From NCBI GenBank assembly GCA_050951545.1, contig JBMNJG010000004.1:64001-128000 (forward strand): 64,000 nt of DNA, in the 5' to 3' direction. Below are positions 50,967-60,843 of this stretch, one piece after another. The position numbers and the translations under genes are program-made. The notes under the pieces are model-generated. The model was not told the origin of the DNA. It saw nothing but the letters and a program-made list of their open reading frames with translations, and did not search any database. The stretch is from Limnochordia bacterium. GTDB lineage: Bacteria > Bacillota > Limnochordia > DTU080. Each line of letters starts with the position of its first letter. Position 1 is the first letter of the stretch.

Positions 50967-52037
50967 CTACTCGTCTTGCTTTCTCTCAGATTCACTGGCG
51001 GTTCCCCAGCCACGCTCATCTATTCTTTGCTGGTACTCACCGCATCTACACTCGAGATAGTTGATGAGCTTCCGGTTGAAGTCCTGACCGCGCCGGAATG
51101 GCAGCCGCCTGTGAATCTTGCGCTTGATGATCTTGCAGGACAGCTCGTGAGCCTGAATCACGATCAGCTTGATCTTCTTCTTAGCGCAGATCTGCTGTTT
51201 GGTCTGGTCACGGCATTGCTGCTTATGGACCTGCTCAGCCGAATTCCGCTCCGTGACGCGGTAGTGTTGCGCCCCATTGAACTCCATGGCCGTATTGTGC
51301 AAGTAATAGAAGAGATCGACCTCCAGACGCTTGCCAGTTGCTGGGTTCCTCATGAAACCTGGGCGCATTCCGTCGTCGAAGTCAAGGCAATCGACAAGCG
51401 CCAAGAAGATAGCCTGCATGAGAGCCTCTCCGAGGTGCGTAGCGCGGTGGAGCTCATCCTGCACGTCTAGTATTTCTTTTACGTTTCGCTTATCAACCGG
51501 GTTGTGGAGAGTGAAGCGAATCGGTGCCCGCTTGTGCGCCTGCTCCATCTCCAGCCAACCATGCTTGGCCAACTGACGAGCCGCGTGTTTGATGGTTTGG
51601 GGGCTCAGACTCATCCGGCCGGCTAACTCAGCGTATGTGAACTGCCTTTTGCGAGGTGGGTCCGTGGGTTTGGACAGCAGTAGGGCATAAACCAATTTGG
51701 CCTGCGCATGGATTTCAGTAGCCATGACTAACTCCACAGGTACGGAGACCCTATCCGGGGATGGCTTCTGTGCCGCGGTCTGGCTAGGTCCCCGCCTAGC
51801 CGGTGGAGCAAACCAGCCCTCGGTGGTTAACTTGGCTGTCGCCCTGCGAACGGTAGGCCGGGACATACCCGTGCGCCGCCCCAGGCGGCTGGGCGAGAAA
51901 AGGAAGCTTTCCTCCAGCTGATCATCCATCGTTAAGGCCATCCAAACGATCTTCTCGCTGGCTTTTAGCTCGCGAGTCAGTAGCAGTGAGAGCGGCACGT
52001 TCACCTCATCTACATAGAGAGAGTACAAGGGCCTCAC
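50967..52037 (-). CDS. Tandem winged-HTH plus Vsr/DUF559-like PD-(D/E)xK nuclease, paralog B (likely start TTG at 52028)
   Basis: Clear paralog of 31929-33035 (shared SRPTVR.ATAKLTTEGW and AARQLAK.GWLEM). Nuclease motif GE...RP..MRNPATGKRLEVD...MEFNGAQHY. Confidence 0.75.
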   Translation of the reverse strand: MRPLYSLYVDEVNVPLSLLLTRELKASEKIVWMALTMDDQLEESFLFSPSRLGRRTGMSRPTVRRATAKLTTEGWFAPPARRGPSQTAAQKPSPDRVSVPVELVMATEIHAQAKLVYALLLSKPTDPPRKRQFTYAELAGRMSLSPQTIKHAARQLAKHGWLEMEQAHKRAPIRFTLHNPVDKRNVKEILDVQDELHRATHLGEALMQAIFLALVDCLDFDDGMRPGFMRNPATGKRLEVDLFYYLHNTAMEFNGAQHYRVTERNSAEQVHKQQCRDQTKQQICAKKKIKLIVIQAHELSCKIIKRKIHRRLPFRRGQDFNRKLINYLECRCGEYQQRIDERGWGTASESERKQDE

Positions 52038-52182
52038 CTCACATAACGATCATGTGTTCGATTGTCTCGATGCGATGTTCGGTACGTGAGGCCAGAATCC
52101 TTCCACAGCTTTCGCTGAAAACGCGCGCATTGCCAGCTAAGACCCGGTGGCCACCGGGAGTGAAATGCGTTTCCCCTCGGAT

Positions 52183-54380
52183 CATCGGCTGAGTGGGAAA
52201 AGGCTATCGCCATCATCCGGTTATGTACCGCCCGAAGGCTCCAGAAGGGCCGCCAGGGCGGGAAAGCGTGCTCTTGGGCGGGGAAATGAGCCCTTCGGGC
52301 GGTCAAAATGAGCAAAAAGGGCTTCGCGAAGGCCGCATCGCTGCACTTTTACCACGCACACTGGCCCCGGGGGCTAATGAGGCGGCTCTTTTGCCATGGC
52401 GGTCGGATTCTTGGCCCCGACTCACGTACCAGTTCGGCTGGTGTCTGACTGCAGGGCCTGTTTCGCGAGCGCGTCCATTGCATCTGTCCATTCTCTTCCA
52501 GATGCACCGACCGGGTTAACACCGAAGGGTTGGTCCGCAGAGGGATCCGAGCGAGCCCGCCGTGATCGCGCACCGGGGAGCTGACCCCATCGGCTGAGTG
52601 GGAAAAAGGTATCACCACCGTCCGGTTATGTACTGCCCAGTAGCTCCAGAAGGGCCACCAAGGCGGGAAAGCGCGCTCTTTTGGGGGGGAATAAGCCCTT
52701 CGGGCAATCAAAATCAGCAAAAAGGGCACCGCGAAGGCCGCATCGCTGCACTTTTACCACGTACATTGGGCCTGGGGGTTAATGAGGCGGCTCTTTTGCC
52801 GTCACGGTCGGATTCTTGGCCCCGACTCACGTACCAATCCGGCTGGTGTCTGACTGCAGGGCCTGTTTCGCGAGCGCGTCCATTGCATCTGTCCACCTTT
52901 TTTGAAATACACCGACCGGGGCAACACCGAAGGGTCGGTCCGCAGAGGGGCCCGAGTGAGCCCGCGGTGATCGCGCACTGGAGAGCTGACCCAATCGACT
53001 GAGTGGGAAAAAGGTATCACCACCGTCCGGTTATGTACTGCCCAGTAGCTCCAGAAGGGCCACCAAGGCGGGAAAGCGCGCTCTTTTGGGGGGGAATAAG
53101 CCCTTCGGGCAATCAAAATGAGCAAAAAGGGCACCGCGAAGGCCGCATCGCTGCACTTTTACCACGTACATTGGCCCCGGGGGTTAATGAGGCGGCTCTT
53201 TTGCCGTCACGGTCGGATTCTTGGCCCCGACTCACGTACCAATCCGGCTGGTGTCTGACTGCAGGGCCTGTTTCGCGAGCGCGTCCATTGCATCTGTCCA
53301 CCTTTTTTGAAATACACCGACCGGGGCAACACCGAAGGGTTGGTCCGCAGAGGGATCCGAGCGAGCCCGCCGTGATCGCGCACTGGGGAGCTGACCCCAT
53401 CGTCTGAGTGGGAAAAGGCGATCAATTGCGTCGGGTTATGTACTGCCCAGTAGCTCCAGAAGGGCCACCAAAGCGGGAAAGCGCGCTCTTTTGGGGGGAA
53501 AGAAGCCCTTCGGGCAATCAAAATCAGCAAAAAGGGCACCGCGAAGGCCGCATCGCTGCACTTTTACCACGTACATTGGGCCCGGGGGTTAATGAGGCGG
53601 CTCTTTTGCCATGACGGTCGGATTCTTGGCCCCGGCTCACGTACCAATCCGGCTGGTGTCTGGCTGCGGGGCCTGGTTCGCGAGCGCGTCCACTGCATCT
53701 GTCCACCTTTTTCGAAATACACCGACCGGGATAACGCTGAAGGGTTGGTCCGCAGAGGGATCCGAGCGAGCCCGCTGTGATCGCGCACTGGGGAGCTGAC
53801 CCCATCGTCTGAGTGGGAAAAGGCGATCAATTGCGTCGGGTTATGTGCTGCGCGGCAGCCCCCAAGGGGCCACCAAGGCGGGAAAGCGCGCTCTTGGGCG
53901 GGGAAATGAGCCCTTCGGGCGATCAAAATGAGCAAAAAGGGCACTGCAAAGGCCGCATCGCTAGGTTCTTACCACGCACACTGGCTTCGGGGGTAAATGG
54001 GGCGGCTCTCTTGCCATCGCGGCCACATCCTTAGCCCGGCCTCACGTACCAATCCGGCTGGTGTCTGACTGCAGGGCCTGTTTCGCGAGCGCGTCCATTG
54101 CATCTGTCCACCTTTTTTGAAATACACCGACCGGGGCAACACCGAAGGGTTGGTCCGCAGAGGGATCCGAGCGAGCCCGCTGTGATCGCGCACTGGGGAG
54201 CTGACCCCATCGTCTGAGTGGGAAAAGGCGATCAATTGCGTCGGGTTATGTGCTGCGCGGCAGCCCCCAAGGGGCCACCAAGGCGGGAAAGCGTGCTCTT
54301 AGGCAGCGAAATGAGCCCTTCGGGCGATCAAAATGAGCAAAAAGGGCACTGCAAAGGCCGCATCGCTAGGTTCTTACCAC
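52183..54380. repeat. Tandem array of 405-bp units (about 5.4 copies)
   Basis: The anchor gtgggaaaa recurs at 52193, 52598, 53003, 53408, 53813 and 54218, an exact period of 405. Confidence 0.95.
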
Positions 54381-54444
54381 CAACCCAAGCGAGCGCAGGG
54401 AGATTACCGCAGTTTTTTGCGTGGCCCCTCGGGCGTGTCACTCT

Positions 54445-55209
54445 CTAGACTGTCTCAATGCCATGCCTTTGCAGGTACTGCTTTAGCTCAGATATGCGAA
54501 TCTGGCCGAAATGGAATACTGATGCCGCTAACAGAACGTCGGCCCCGGCCCTAGCCGCAGCAAGGAAATGCGCAGTGGTACCCGCTCCACCTGAGGCGAC
54601 GATAGGCACTGATACTACCTCTCTCAGTCTACGTATCAGGGGAATGTCATAGCCTTTCTTGGCCCCGTCACAGGCCTTGCTGGTGGGAAGGATCATTCCG
54701 GCACCACGGCTGGCGACTTCTTGCGCCCAGTCCACCGCATCGAGTCCGGTAGCGGTTCTGCCCCCGTCGACATACACTTCGTACCCTGATGATGTGGTGC
54801 TTGAACGGTCGATGTCGATGGCCACTACGACTCCGGAGGGCTCCAACACTCGGGCTAGGTCATCAATGAGCTCGGGGTGGCGGAATGCAGCTGAGCTAAG
54901 GCAGACGCGATCGGCGCCCGCACTTAGTACTCTTTGTGCATCCGAGACAGAAGAGATACCCCCTCCCACAGTGAGGGGAATGGTGATGGCCTCAGCTACC
55001 TGTCTCACAACCTCGAGCGTGGTTCCGCGGTTTTCCACGGTAGCGGTGATGTCTAGAAAGGCCAGCTCGTCCGCACCATCCTGCATGTAGGCCTGCGCGG
55101 CAAGCACCGGATCTCCGGCATCCTGAAGGTCAACAAACTTGACCCCTTTCACTACACGGCCACCTTTAATGTCGAGGCACGGCATGATCCGTACTTTTTG
55201 CATGGGCAT
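54445..55209 (-). CDS. hisF: Imidazole glycerol phosphate synthase cyclase subunit
   Basis: PCLD...GRVVKGV.F, GADELAFLDI, PLTVGGGI, IVASGGAG and AASVFH motifs. Confidence 0.92.
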   Translation of the reverse strand: MPMQKVRIMPCLDIKGGRVVKGVKFVDLQDAGDPVLAAQAYMQDGADELAFLDITATVENRGTTLEVVRQVAEAITIPLTVGGGISSVSDAQRVLSAGADRVCLSSAAFRHPELIDDLARVLEPSGVVVAIDIDRSSTTSSGYEVYVDGGRTATGLDAVDWAQEVASRGAGMILPTSKACDGAKKGYDIPLIRRLREVVSVPIVASGGAGTTAHFLAAARAGADVLLAASVFHFGQIRISELKQYLQRHGIETV

Positions 55210-55395
55210 AGCTCCTGACTATGGATACTGATGGACCACAGAGCTGGTACGCGACCTATGGTTCTTCAGTGAGGTGCTCGTATCCTTGCGGCTCGCGAAA
55301 ATGGAAGCAGGTTGGGTGGCTCACTCGGCGAATACGCTCATGTTGATGACGGCGCGTCAAAGTATTCACAAAGGATTCTCAAAGGGGTGGCAGAT

Positions 55396-57249
55396 GTGAG
55401 TGGGATTGGTGAGCGGTCTTCATCGGGGAACGGGGCAGTGCTCGTCTACTACGCTCCGGAAGCCAGGGAGTTTGTCTCAGAGGTGGTGTTGGCCCCTCTC
55501 GAACATATCGGACTTCCCTTTCAACTCGCCGAAACGCGCCTGGGTCTGCCAGGAGACCAGCTCTTGGAGTCGGCAAGAGCTCTCATCATCTCCCACAGAG
55601 GTTTGCTGGCCAGTCTATCAGACGATGAGAGTCTCCGCTTGATTGAAGCCGTTCAACGCGGCTTGGGCGTCTTCTGTCTGGATTGTGAACTGGGTGGGAT
55701 GCCAGATCGGCTGAAGAAGGCCCTTGACATCGAGAGTGCATCCTCTGTCGTAGCAGTCCAGGGAGTAGGCTTTGATTCCGGTCACGCCATCACCGCCACC
55801 CGGGAGGATGGTGAACGCGTCCTTCTTCCTAACTCCGTACCAGCACAGGCGCCTGCCAGGTTGGGGACTCCATGGAGTAGCCCGATGCGGCAGGCTGTGT
55901 CAGGCGCTCCGCTCATGGCTTGTCGGGCTTTAGGCTCTGGACGCGTGGTACAGTGGTTCGTCTCGGGGGAGTTGTGGACTAAGGCTGTCTACGGTCACGG
56001 CATGGGGCTTGATGACATCTTCTGGAAGAGCTTGGTCTGGATGTGTAGGAAGCCAGTCGCTCTGAAGGCTATGCCGCCTTTTGTCACCCTGCGCATGGAC
56101 GACTGCCAGGGTTCGGGCGGTTTTTGGTATACTCTGCAGTCCTGTTTATACAACAATCGACCACTGCCAGAGCCATATAAGCGCATGATCCTTGATCGGA
56201 TCTCGGGCCAAAGTAGCTGTGCCTATCACTTTGGGTATCTCGACGTCTTCCACCGTCATGGCTATCATGTGCATCTGGGCGTTTATCCTGATCAGATTCG
56301 GCCTGACGACATGGCTGCCTTTCAGAGATACTGGCAACGCGGCTGCATGGAGTTCTCGATCCATGCCTTTGCGGATTACTATGACGTCGATGCTGGCGGT
56401 GTCGATGATTTCGTGTACATGCGGGATCACGTTAGTGCAGGCCATGGCAAGTGGCGGGTCATTGAGGAGACCCCAGAGGTTCTCGAACAGAAGTTCGCCC
56501 GGCTTGACGCCTGGATGGCGCACTGGCAGATAGCGGCGTCGCCTGTGCTCAACACGCATTGGGCGAACCCGGGTATCGCGAGTCTACCGTTTCTCAAGGC
56601 TCGGGGTTGGCGCTACATGATGTTTGGCCTCTCGTTTGGCAAGCCCTACAATGCCAACATCGAAGCGGACTGGCGCAAAGGTCCATATGGACACAACGGC
56701 TTCATTCTCGATTACATGCCGGTCCCCGATGAGGCCAAGGGCATAGAGTCGGACGATTTCTTCGCGGTCGTGGGCCATCCCTATGACTACTCGCCGTCGG
56801 ACCAGGCGATTGATTTTGCCTCCAGCGACTACACGATGAAAATGGGTGGACAGCCCAGCAACGATATCGATGCTTGCGCAAACAAGCTGGTCAAGCAGAT
56901 TCGCCGCGGGATCGACGCCCGTTTTTTTGGTTGTCCGATGACACACGAACAGGGGCTAGCGACGTTGACCAAAGAGGAACTCGACACTCTCTTGACTATA
57001 GCGGGGCAGCGGCTGCAGCGTTACGATCTTCTGCATAGACCCTATGCAGAGATTGCTGCCTATGCTAAGGCGAAAGTGGACACGCACATCGCTGACGCTG
57101 AGATTCATGGCGACAACGTTAGGCTTCAACTTGATGGGCAGGCGCTTGTCCCGCTACAGATAGAGGTGTGGACCGACTGTGGTGACGGCTTGGCCTGCGT
57201 TACGCATACGATCAAGCCTTTTGCAGGGCAGACGACGGTGCTTCTTTAG
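55396..57249 (+). CDS. Hypothetical protein with glutamine-amidotransferase-like N-terminus and CE4/deacetylase-like domain
   Basis: LRMDD and SIHAF motifs in a long ORF. Confidence 0.5.
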   Translation: MSGIGERSSSGNGAVLVYYAPEAREFVSEVVLAPLEHIGLPFQLAETRLGLPGDQLLESARALIISHRGLLASLSDDESLRLIEAVQRGLGVFCLDCELGGMPDRLKKALDIESASSVVAVQGVGFDSGHAITATREDGERVLLPNSVPAQAPARLGTPWSSPMRQAVSGAPLMACRALGSGRVVQWFVSGELWTKAVYGHGMGLDDIFWKSLVWMCRKPVALKAMPPFVTLRMDDCQGSGGFWYTLQSCLYNNRPLPEPYKRMILDRISGQSSCAYHFGYLDVFHRHGYHVHLGVYPDQIRPDDMAAFQRYWQRGCMEFSIHAFADYYDVDAGGVDDFVYMRDHVSAGHGKWRVIEETPEVLEQKFARLDAWMAHWQIAASPVLNTHWANPGIASLPFLKARGWRYMMFGLSFGKPYNANIEADWRKGPYGHNGFILDYMPVPDEAKGIESDDFFAVVGHPYDYSPSDQAIDFASSDYTMKMGGQPSNDIDACANKLVKQIRRGIDARFFGCPMTHEQGLATLTKEELDTLLTIAGQRLQRYDLLHRPYAEIAAYAKAKVDTHIADAEIHGDNVRLQLDGQALVPLQIEVWTDCGDGLACVTHTIKPFAGQTTVLL

Positions 57250-57279
57250 ATCATCAGTGGGCTGAGGGTGTGACATACA

Positions 57280-57669
57280 ATGAGACTACTGAAAGCTATA
57301 TTGACGGGTTTGGGTGGGTTCATTCTGCTTATGGGGGTCGTGGGTCTTCTTCTTATGATAGGCCAATCAGCTGTTAAGGACCTCTCTGTGGACACCGTCA
57401 ATTTCACAGACCTCAAAGATGGCGTCTACACAGGTCAGTATCGCAACGGCCGCTGGACCAACAGCGTGGAGGTCAGGGTAGCCGCTGGCCAGATGACGGC
57501 AATCGAGGTGGTCAGGGATGTTCGCTTTCCATCGGCGAAAATCCGGATGGATACAATCGACAAGATTCTCAAGGCGCAGTCGTTGGAGATAGACGCCATT
57601 GCTGGGGCGACAGTTACCACGAAGGCGTACCTCAAGGCAGTAGAGAACGCTCTCGTAGGAGCTAAGTGA
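57280..57669 (+). CDS. Membrane-anchored FMN-binding protein
   Basis: DGVYTG, and the flavinylation motif DAIAGATVTT. Confidence 0.85.
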   Translation: MRLLKAILTGLGGFILLMGVVGLLLMIGQSAVKDLSVDTVNFTDLKDGVYTGQYRNGRWTNSVEVRVAAGQMTAIEVVRDVRFPSAKIRMDTIDKILKAQSLEIDAIAGATVTTKAYLKAVENALVGAK

Positions 57670-57716
57670 CGCCATAGGTCGTGCCCTATGGCATGAAGTA
57701 CGAGGAGGTCCATTAG

Positions 57717-58313
57717 ATGAACAGTGGAACTCCGTTTCTGGCGAGCATTACTGCGTTTGAGCAGCAAGACCAGCGGCATGCTCCACCGATGGGCGCAGTG
57801 CTCTTCGTCGGTAGCTCAACGATCACGCTATGGAAAACCCTTGAAGAGGATTTCGCCCCGGTGCCTGTGCTAAACCGGGGGTTCGGTGGCTCCACTGTGG
57901 CTCAGGTAACCGGCTATGCCGAACGGATTGTCTGGCCCTATAGGCCACGGCTCATTGTGTTCTATTCGGGTGATAACGACCTAGCTAAGGGAAAGATCCC
58001 GGAGGCCGTCCTCGCTGACTATGAGGAGTTTATCGCCGTCACTCACCAGCATCTCCCTCAGACGCGTATTGCCTTGGTGTCGACCAAACCGAGTCCCGCA
58101 CGCGCCCACCTGTTGGCCGCGGTACGGACGCTCAACGACTCTTTGCGAGAGCTTACTCAAGGCGATAGCCGGTTGGCCTACATTGATCTGTTCAGCGTCA
58201 TGCTTGGCCCAGATGGTTCACCGCGCGCGGAGTTGTTTGGGGAAGATGGCCTGCACTTAAACAAGGCCGGATACCAACTATGGACAGAGGTGATTCGGCC
58301 TTATCTTAGCTGA
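57717..58313 (+). CDS. SGNH/GDSL hydrolase
   Basis: GSST, NRGFGGS, GDND and DGLH motifs. Confidence 0.87.
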   Translation: MNSGTPFLASITAFEQQDQRHAPPMGAVLFVGSSTITLWKTLEEDFAPVPVLNRGFGGSTVAQVTGYAERIVWPYRPRLIVFYSGDNDLAKGKIPEAVLADYEEFIAVTHQHLPQTRIALVSTKPSPARAHLLAAVRTLNDSLRELTQGDSRLAYIDLFSVMLGPDGSPRAELFGEDGLHLNKAGYQLWTEVIRPYLS

Positions 58314-58334
58314 CTAGCTCACGCGCGAGATGTG

Positions 58335-59237
58335 TCAATGGGCATCGACTGCTGCGGCCGCCTGTTCGATCTCCCGTAGCAGGAGGGGGTTGTCTGCTTC
58401 CGGTACCGCCGTAGAGGGCAGGCTCAGAGTATCGGCGCAGACCCCCTGCAAGGCGAGTACGCGTTTTTTCCAGGCAATGCTGGCTACGCTGCCGCTGTAG
58501 CGGCCATTAAGGTGGTTGATCTTGTCCATTACAGAGGCCAGGTGGTCAAGCTCCTGTGGGTCATGGCGCTTTTCCCACAGCGTGGCGAGCAACTGAGGAA
58601 GCACATTGCCCAAGGATGGCACCAGCCCATCGGCGCCTTGAGCAACGGCCTGCCGCGTCAGTGCTTCACTGCCACTTAGGTAGGCAGCTTGGCGCTGGCA
58701 GCCTCCCAATGCCTCGATAAAGGCGGTCAGCTTAGCTGGGTTGCCGCTGCTGTCTTTGACCCCGGCCACAGACGATGCCAACTTGGTCACGACTGTCGGG
58801 GAGAGTGCAGCCTGGGCATGACCAGGGATATCGTACAAGAGTAACGGCAGAGAGGAGCATGCTACCAACTCCGCAAACCAGGCGAAAGCCTCTGCATCAT
58901 CGTGAACAGGGAAGTAGTAGGGCAGTCCGGCTACGCAGCAGTCGACCCCAGCGACCTTTGCCGCCTGGATGTGGTCACGGACCGCGCGGAGACTAGAGTC
59001 AGTTACGCCGGCATAGACTACCATGCGATTGGCAGTGTATTCTGCAGCCAATGCGAAAAGGCAATGGCGCTGTCGCGCTTGCAGACGCGCATACTCACCT
59101 GTGGTTCCGGCAACAAAGATTCCGTCGATTCCTGCGGTAACCATGTTCTCAATGAGGCGTCGAAGCCCTTGTCTGTCGACACATTCATTGTCCCTAAGAG
59201 GGGTAACCAATGGCACGACGATCCCTTGTACTTGCAC
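58335..59237 (-). CDS. Dihydrodipicolinate synthase / N-acetylneuraminate lyase family protein
   Basis: PLVTP, GTTGE, PYY, LYDIP and GVKDSSG motifs. Confidence 0.87.
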   Translation of the reverse strand: MQVQGIVVPLVTPLRDNECVDRQGLRRLIENMVTAGIDGIFVAGTTGEYARLQARQRHCLFALAAEYTANRMVVYAGVTDSSLRAVRDHIQAAKVAGVDCCVAGLPYYFPVHDDAEAFAWFAELVACSSLPLLLYDIPGHAQAALSPTVVTKLASSVAGVKDSSGNPAKLTAFIEALGGCQRQAAYLSGSEALTRQAVAQGADGLVPSLGNVLPQLLATLWEKRHDPQELDHLASVMDKINHLNGRYSGSVASIAWKKRVLALQGVCADTLSLPSTAVPEADNPLLLREIEQAAAAVDAH

Positions 59238-59254
59238 GGTAACACCTCCATGAA

Positions 59255-60148
59255 TCACGCAGGTTGGTCCCAGGCCGCGAGTTTCTCGATTGTTGCTGGG
59301 ACTTCGAACAGGTCTACGATCACGGCATCTGGAACGAGCTGCTCAGGTGAGAAATCATAGAGCTGTGCTGCAAACTCATTCGCTGACCGCGCGGCGAGTA
59401 GAGACAGAATCTGGGGATGCTCAGGCCTCTCCACAGGTTCACAGGAAGCAATGGCTTCAGGCAGTGAGGGACACATCCACAGTACACGCATGTTCGCGGC
59501 TTTGGCTCCCGCGATGTCGTGGATGAGAGTGTCACCGATATGAAACGCCGATGCGGCACTGTGGGCCCCAATTCTCTCAGCGGCAACGTGGAAGATGGCT
59601 GGGTCTGGTTTGGCGGTGCCAGTCTCTTCCGGCGATATGAGGGTCGCAAAGTACGCGTACAGACCAAGAGCCTCCAAAACTGGCTGCTGGTAGCGCGTGA
59701 AGCCGTTGCTTACCCCAACAAGCACGTGGCCGCGGCCCGACAACTCCTGCAGGATCTTGGCCGCACCCTCAAAGGCTGAGATATGGCCTTGTCTACATCC
59801 TTCCTCCACCAGTTGCGCGACGTCAAAAGCTTCGTGGCAGTCTACGGCTCGAGCCACCGTGGTGGCCGCGGCATCCCAGTCGTAGGTATCACGCAGCTGT
59901 CCGCTCTGCAGCCACAGAGCCGTCTGGGCGAAGATGGCGGCAATGATCTCTCGGCCTTTTCGATCCAGTCCCGGAAGCCTGATCTGCTCAGGAGTCGGGG
60001 TAATCCCCTGCTGCAGTGGACTGAGGAACTGCGGTGGCAGCCCGCGCCAGTAGGGACCGATGATCCGGGCCAGAGTGGGCAGTACGTACCCTCCGAACGG
60101 GTTGTTCTGAAGTACACCGTCGAGATCAAAGGTGACCAGTTTCATCAT
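59255..60148 (-). CDS. HAD-family hydrolase
   Basis: FDLDGVL, VSNG, KPDP.IF and IGD...DI.GA motifs. Confidence 0.87.
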   Translation of the reverse strand: MMKLVTFDLDGVLQNNPFGGYVLPTLARIIGPYWRGLPPQFLSPLQQGITPTPEQIRLPGLDRKGREIIAAIFAQTALWLQSGQLRDTYDWDAAATTVARAVDCHEAFDVAQLVEEGCRQGHISAFEGAAKILQELSGRGHVLVGVSNGFTRYQQPVLEALGLYAYFATLISPEETGTAKPDPAIFHVAAERIGAHSAASAFHIGDTLIHDIAGAKAANMRVLWMCPSLPEAIASCEPVERPEHPQILSLLAARSANEFAAQLYDFSPEQLVPDAVIVDLFEVPATIEKLAAWDQPA

Positions 60149-60370
60149 CGTCAGTTCCTCTCCAGGTTTCTTCTGCTTCTTCTGCTTCTTCTTCGTGCAG
60201 CGTTTGTGAATCCCCTGCGTCGACACAGATGCGTATGCTACACTGGCATGGGAGCTACGGTATACCTGGGCGCCCGACCCTACGGGTGGCGACCCGCCAC
60301 GAGCTACGAAAAGGAGGGGCGCTCATGTCGATGCTGCAGCGTAAAAGGATTTTCAAAGGCGGGGAAGACA

Positions 60371-60796
60371 GTGAACCTTTATGTAAGTCACATGAGGACA
60401 GGTCACTGGCAGTGGCATGGCAGCCATCGCTTGCCTGGCAGTTGGTTCGGGCCCCTCAGAAATGCCAGTGATCTGCACAGTCTGCTGGCCTCTCGTCCCT
60501 ACTTACACGGGCGCATTCCTCCTGTTTCGGATTGGACAGCCTGTCTTCTGGTGGTGACAGCCCTTGGTGAAGCGCCAACTGGGGGACATGCCGTGAAGGT
60601 AAATGAGATCGTCTGCCTAGCCGATGCGATACGGGTGACGGTGCATGTGCGCAGTCCGGCACCCACGGATCTCGTGATCCAAGCCCTGACCTATCCGGTG
60701 GACAGCGTGTGCCTACGTCGGGACCTGGTGCCTACGTGCATCCCTTGGATCTTTTTGGACCAGACAGGCCAGCGGTTAATGACTGATATAGAGTGA
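60371..60796 (+). CDS. PrcB C-terminal-domain protein (start uncertain)
   Basis: LGEAPTGGHAV.V and P....VIQALTYP motifs. Confidence 0.65.
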   Translation: MNLYVSHMRTGHWQWHGSHRLPGSWFGPLRNASDLHSLLASRPYLHGRIPPVSDWTACLLVVTALGEAPTGGHAVKVNEIVCLADAIRVTVHVRSPAPTDLVIQALTYPVDSVCLRRDLVPTCIPWIFLDQTGQRLMTDIE

Positions 60797-60833
60797 ACGG
60801 CAAGGCGCGAACGAGCGCGCCTTGCCGTTTCTT
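60796..60833. terminator. Terminator between convergent genes
   Basis: 14-bp stem aacggcaaggcgcg/cgcgccttgccgtt with a T-rich tail. Confidence 0.72.
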
Positions 60834-60843
60834 CACCGCGAGG

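Noticed and set aside
52193-54448. Repeated 134-aa ORFs in the 405-bp array (405 bp = 135 codons; TGA abuts the next GTG)
   Set aside because: Four of six copies end early or run out of the array, there is no RBS, and the substitutions are not synonymous-biased. It is most likely non-coding.
60168-60195. 9-bp ttcttctgc microsatellite, and the Lys-rich N-terminal extension of the HAD ORF
   Set aside because: Only about 3 units, upstream of the likely start at 60148. There is no sign of phase variation.
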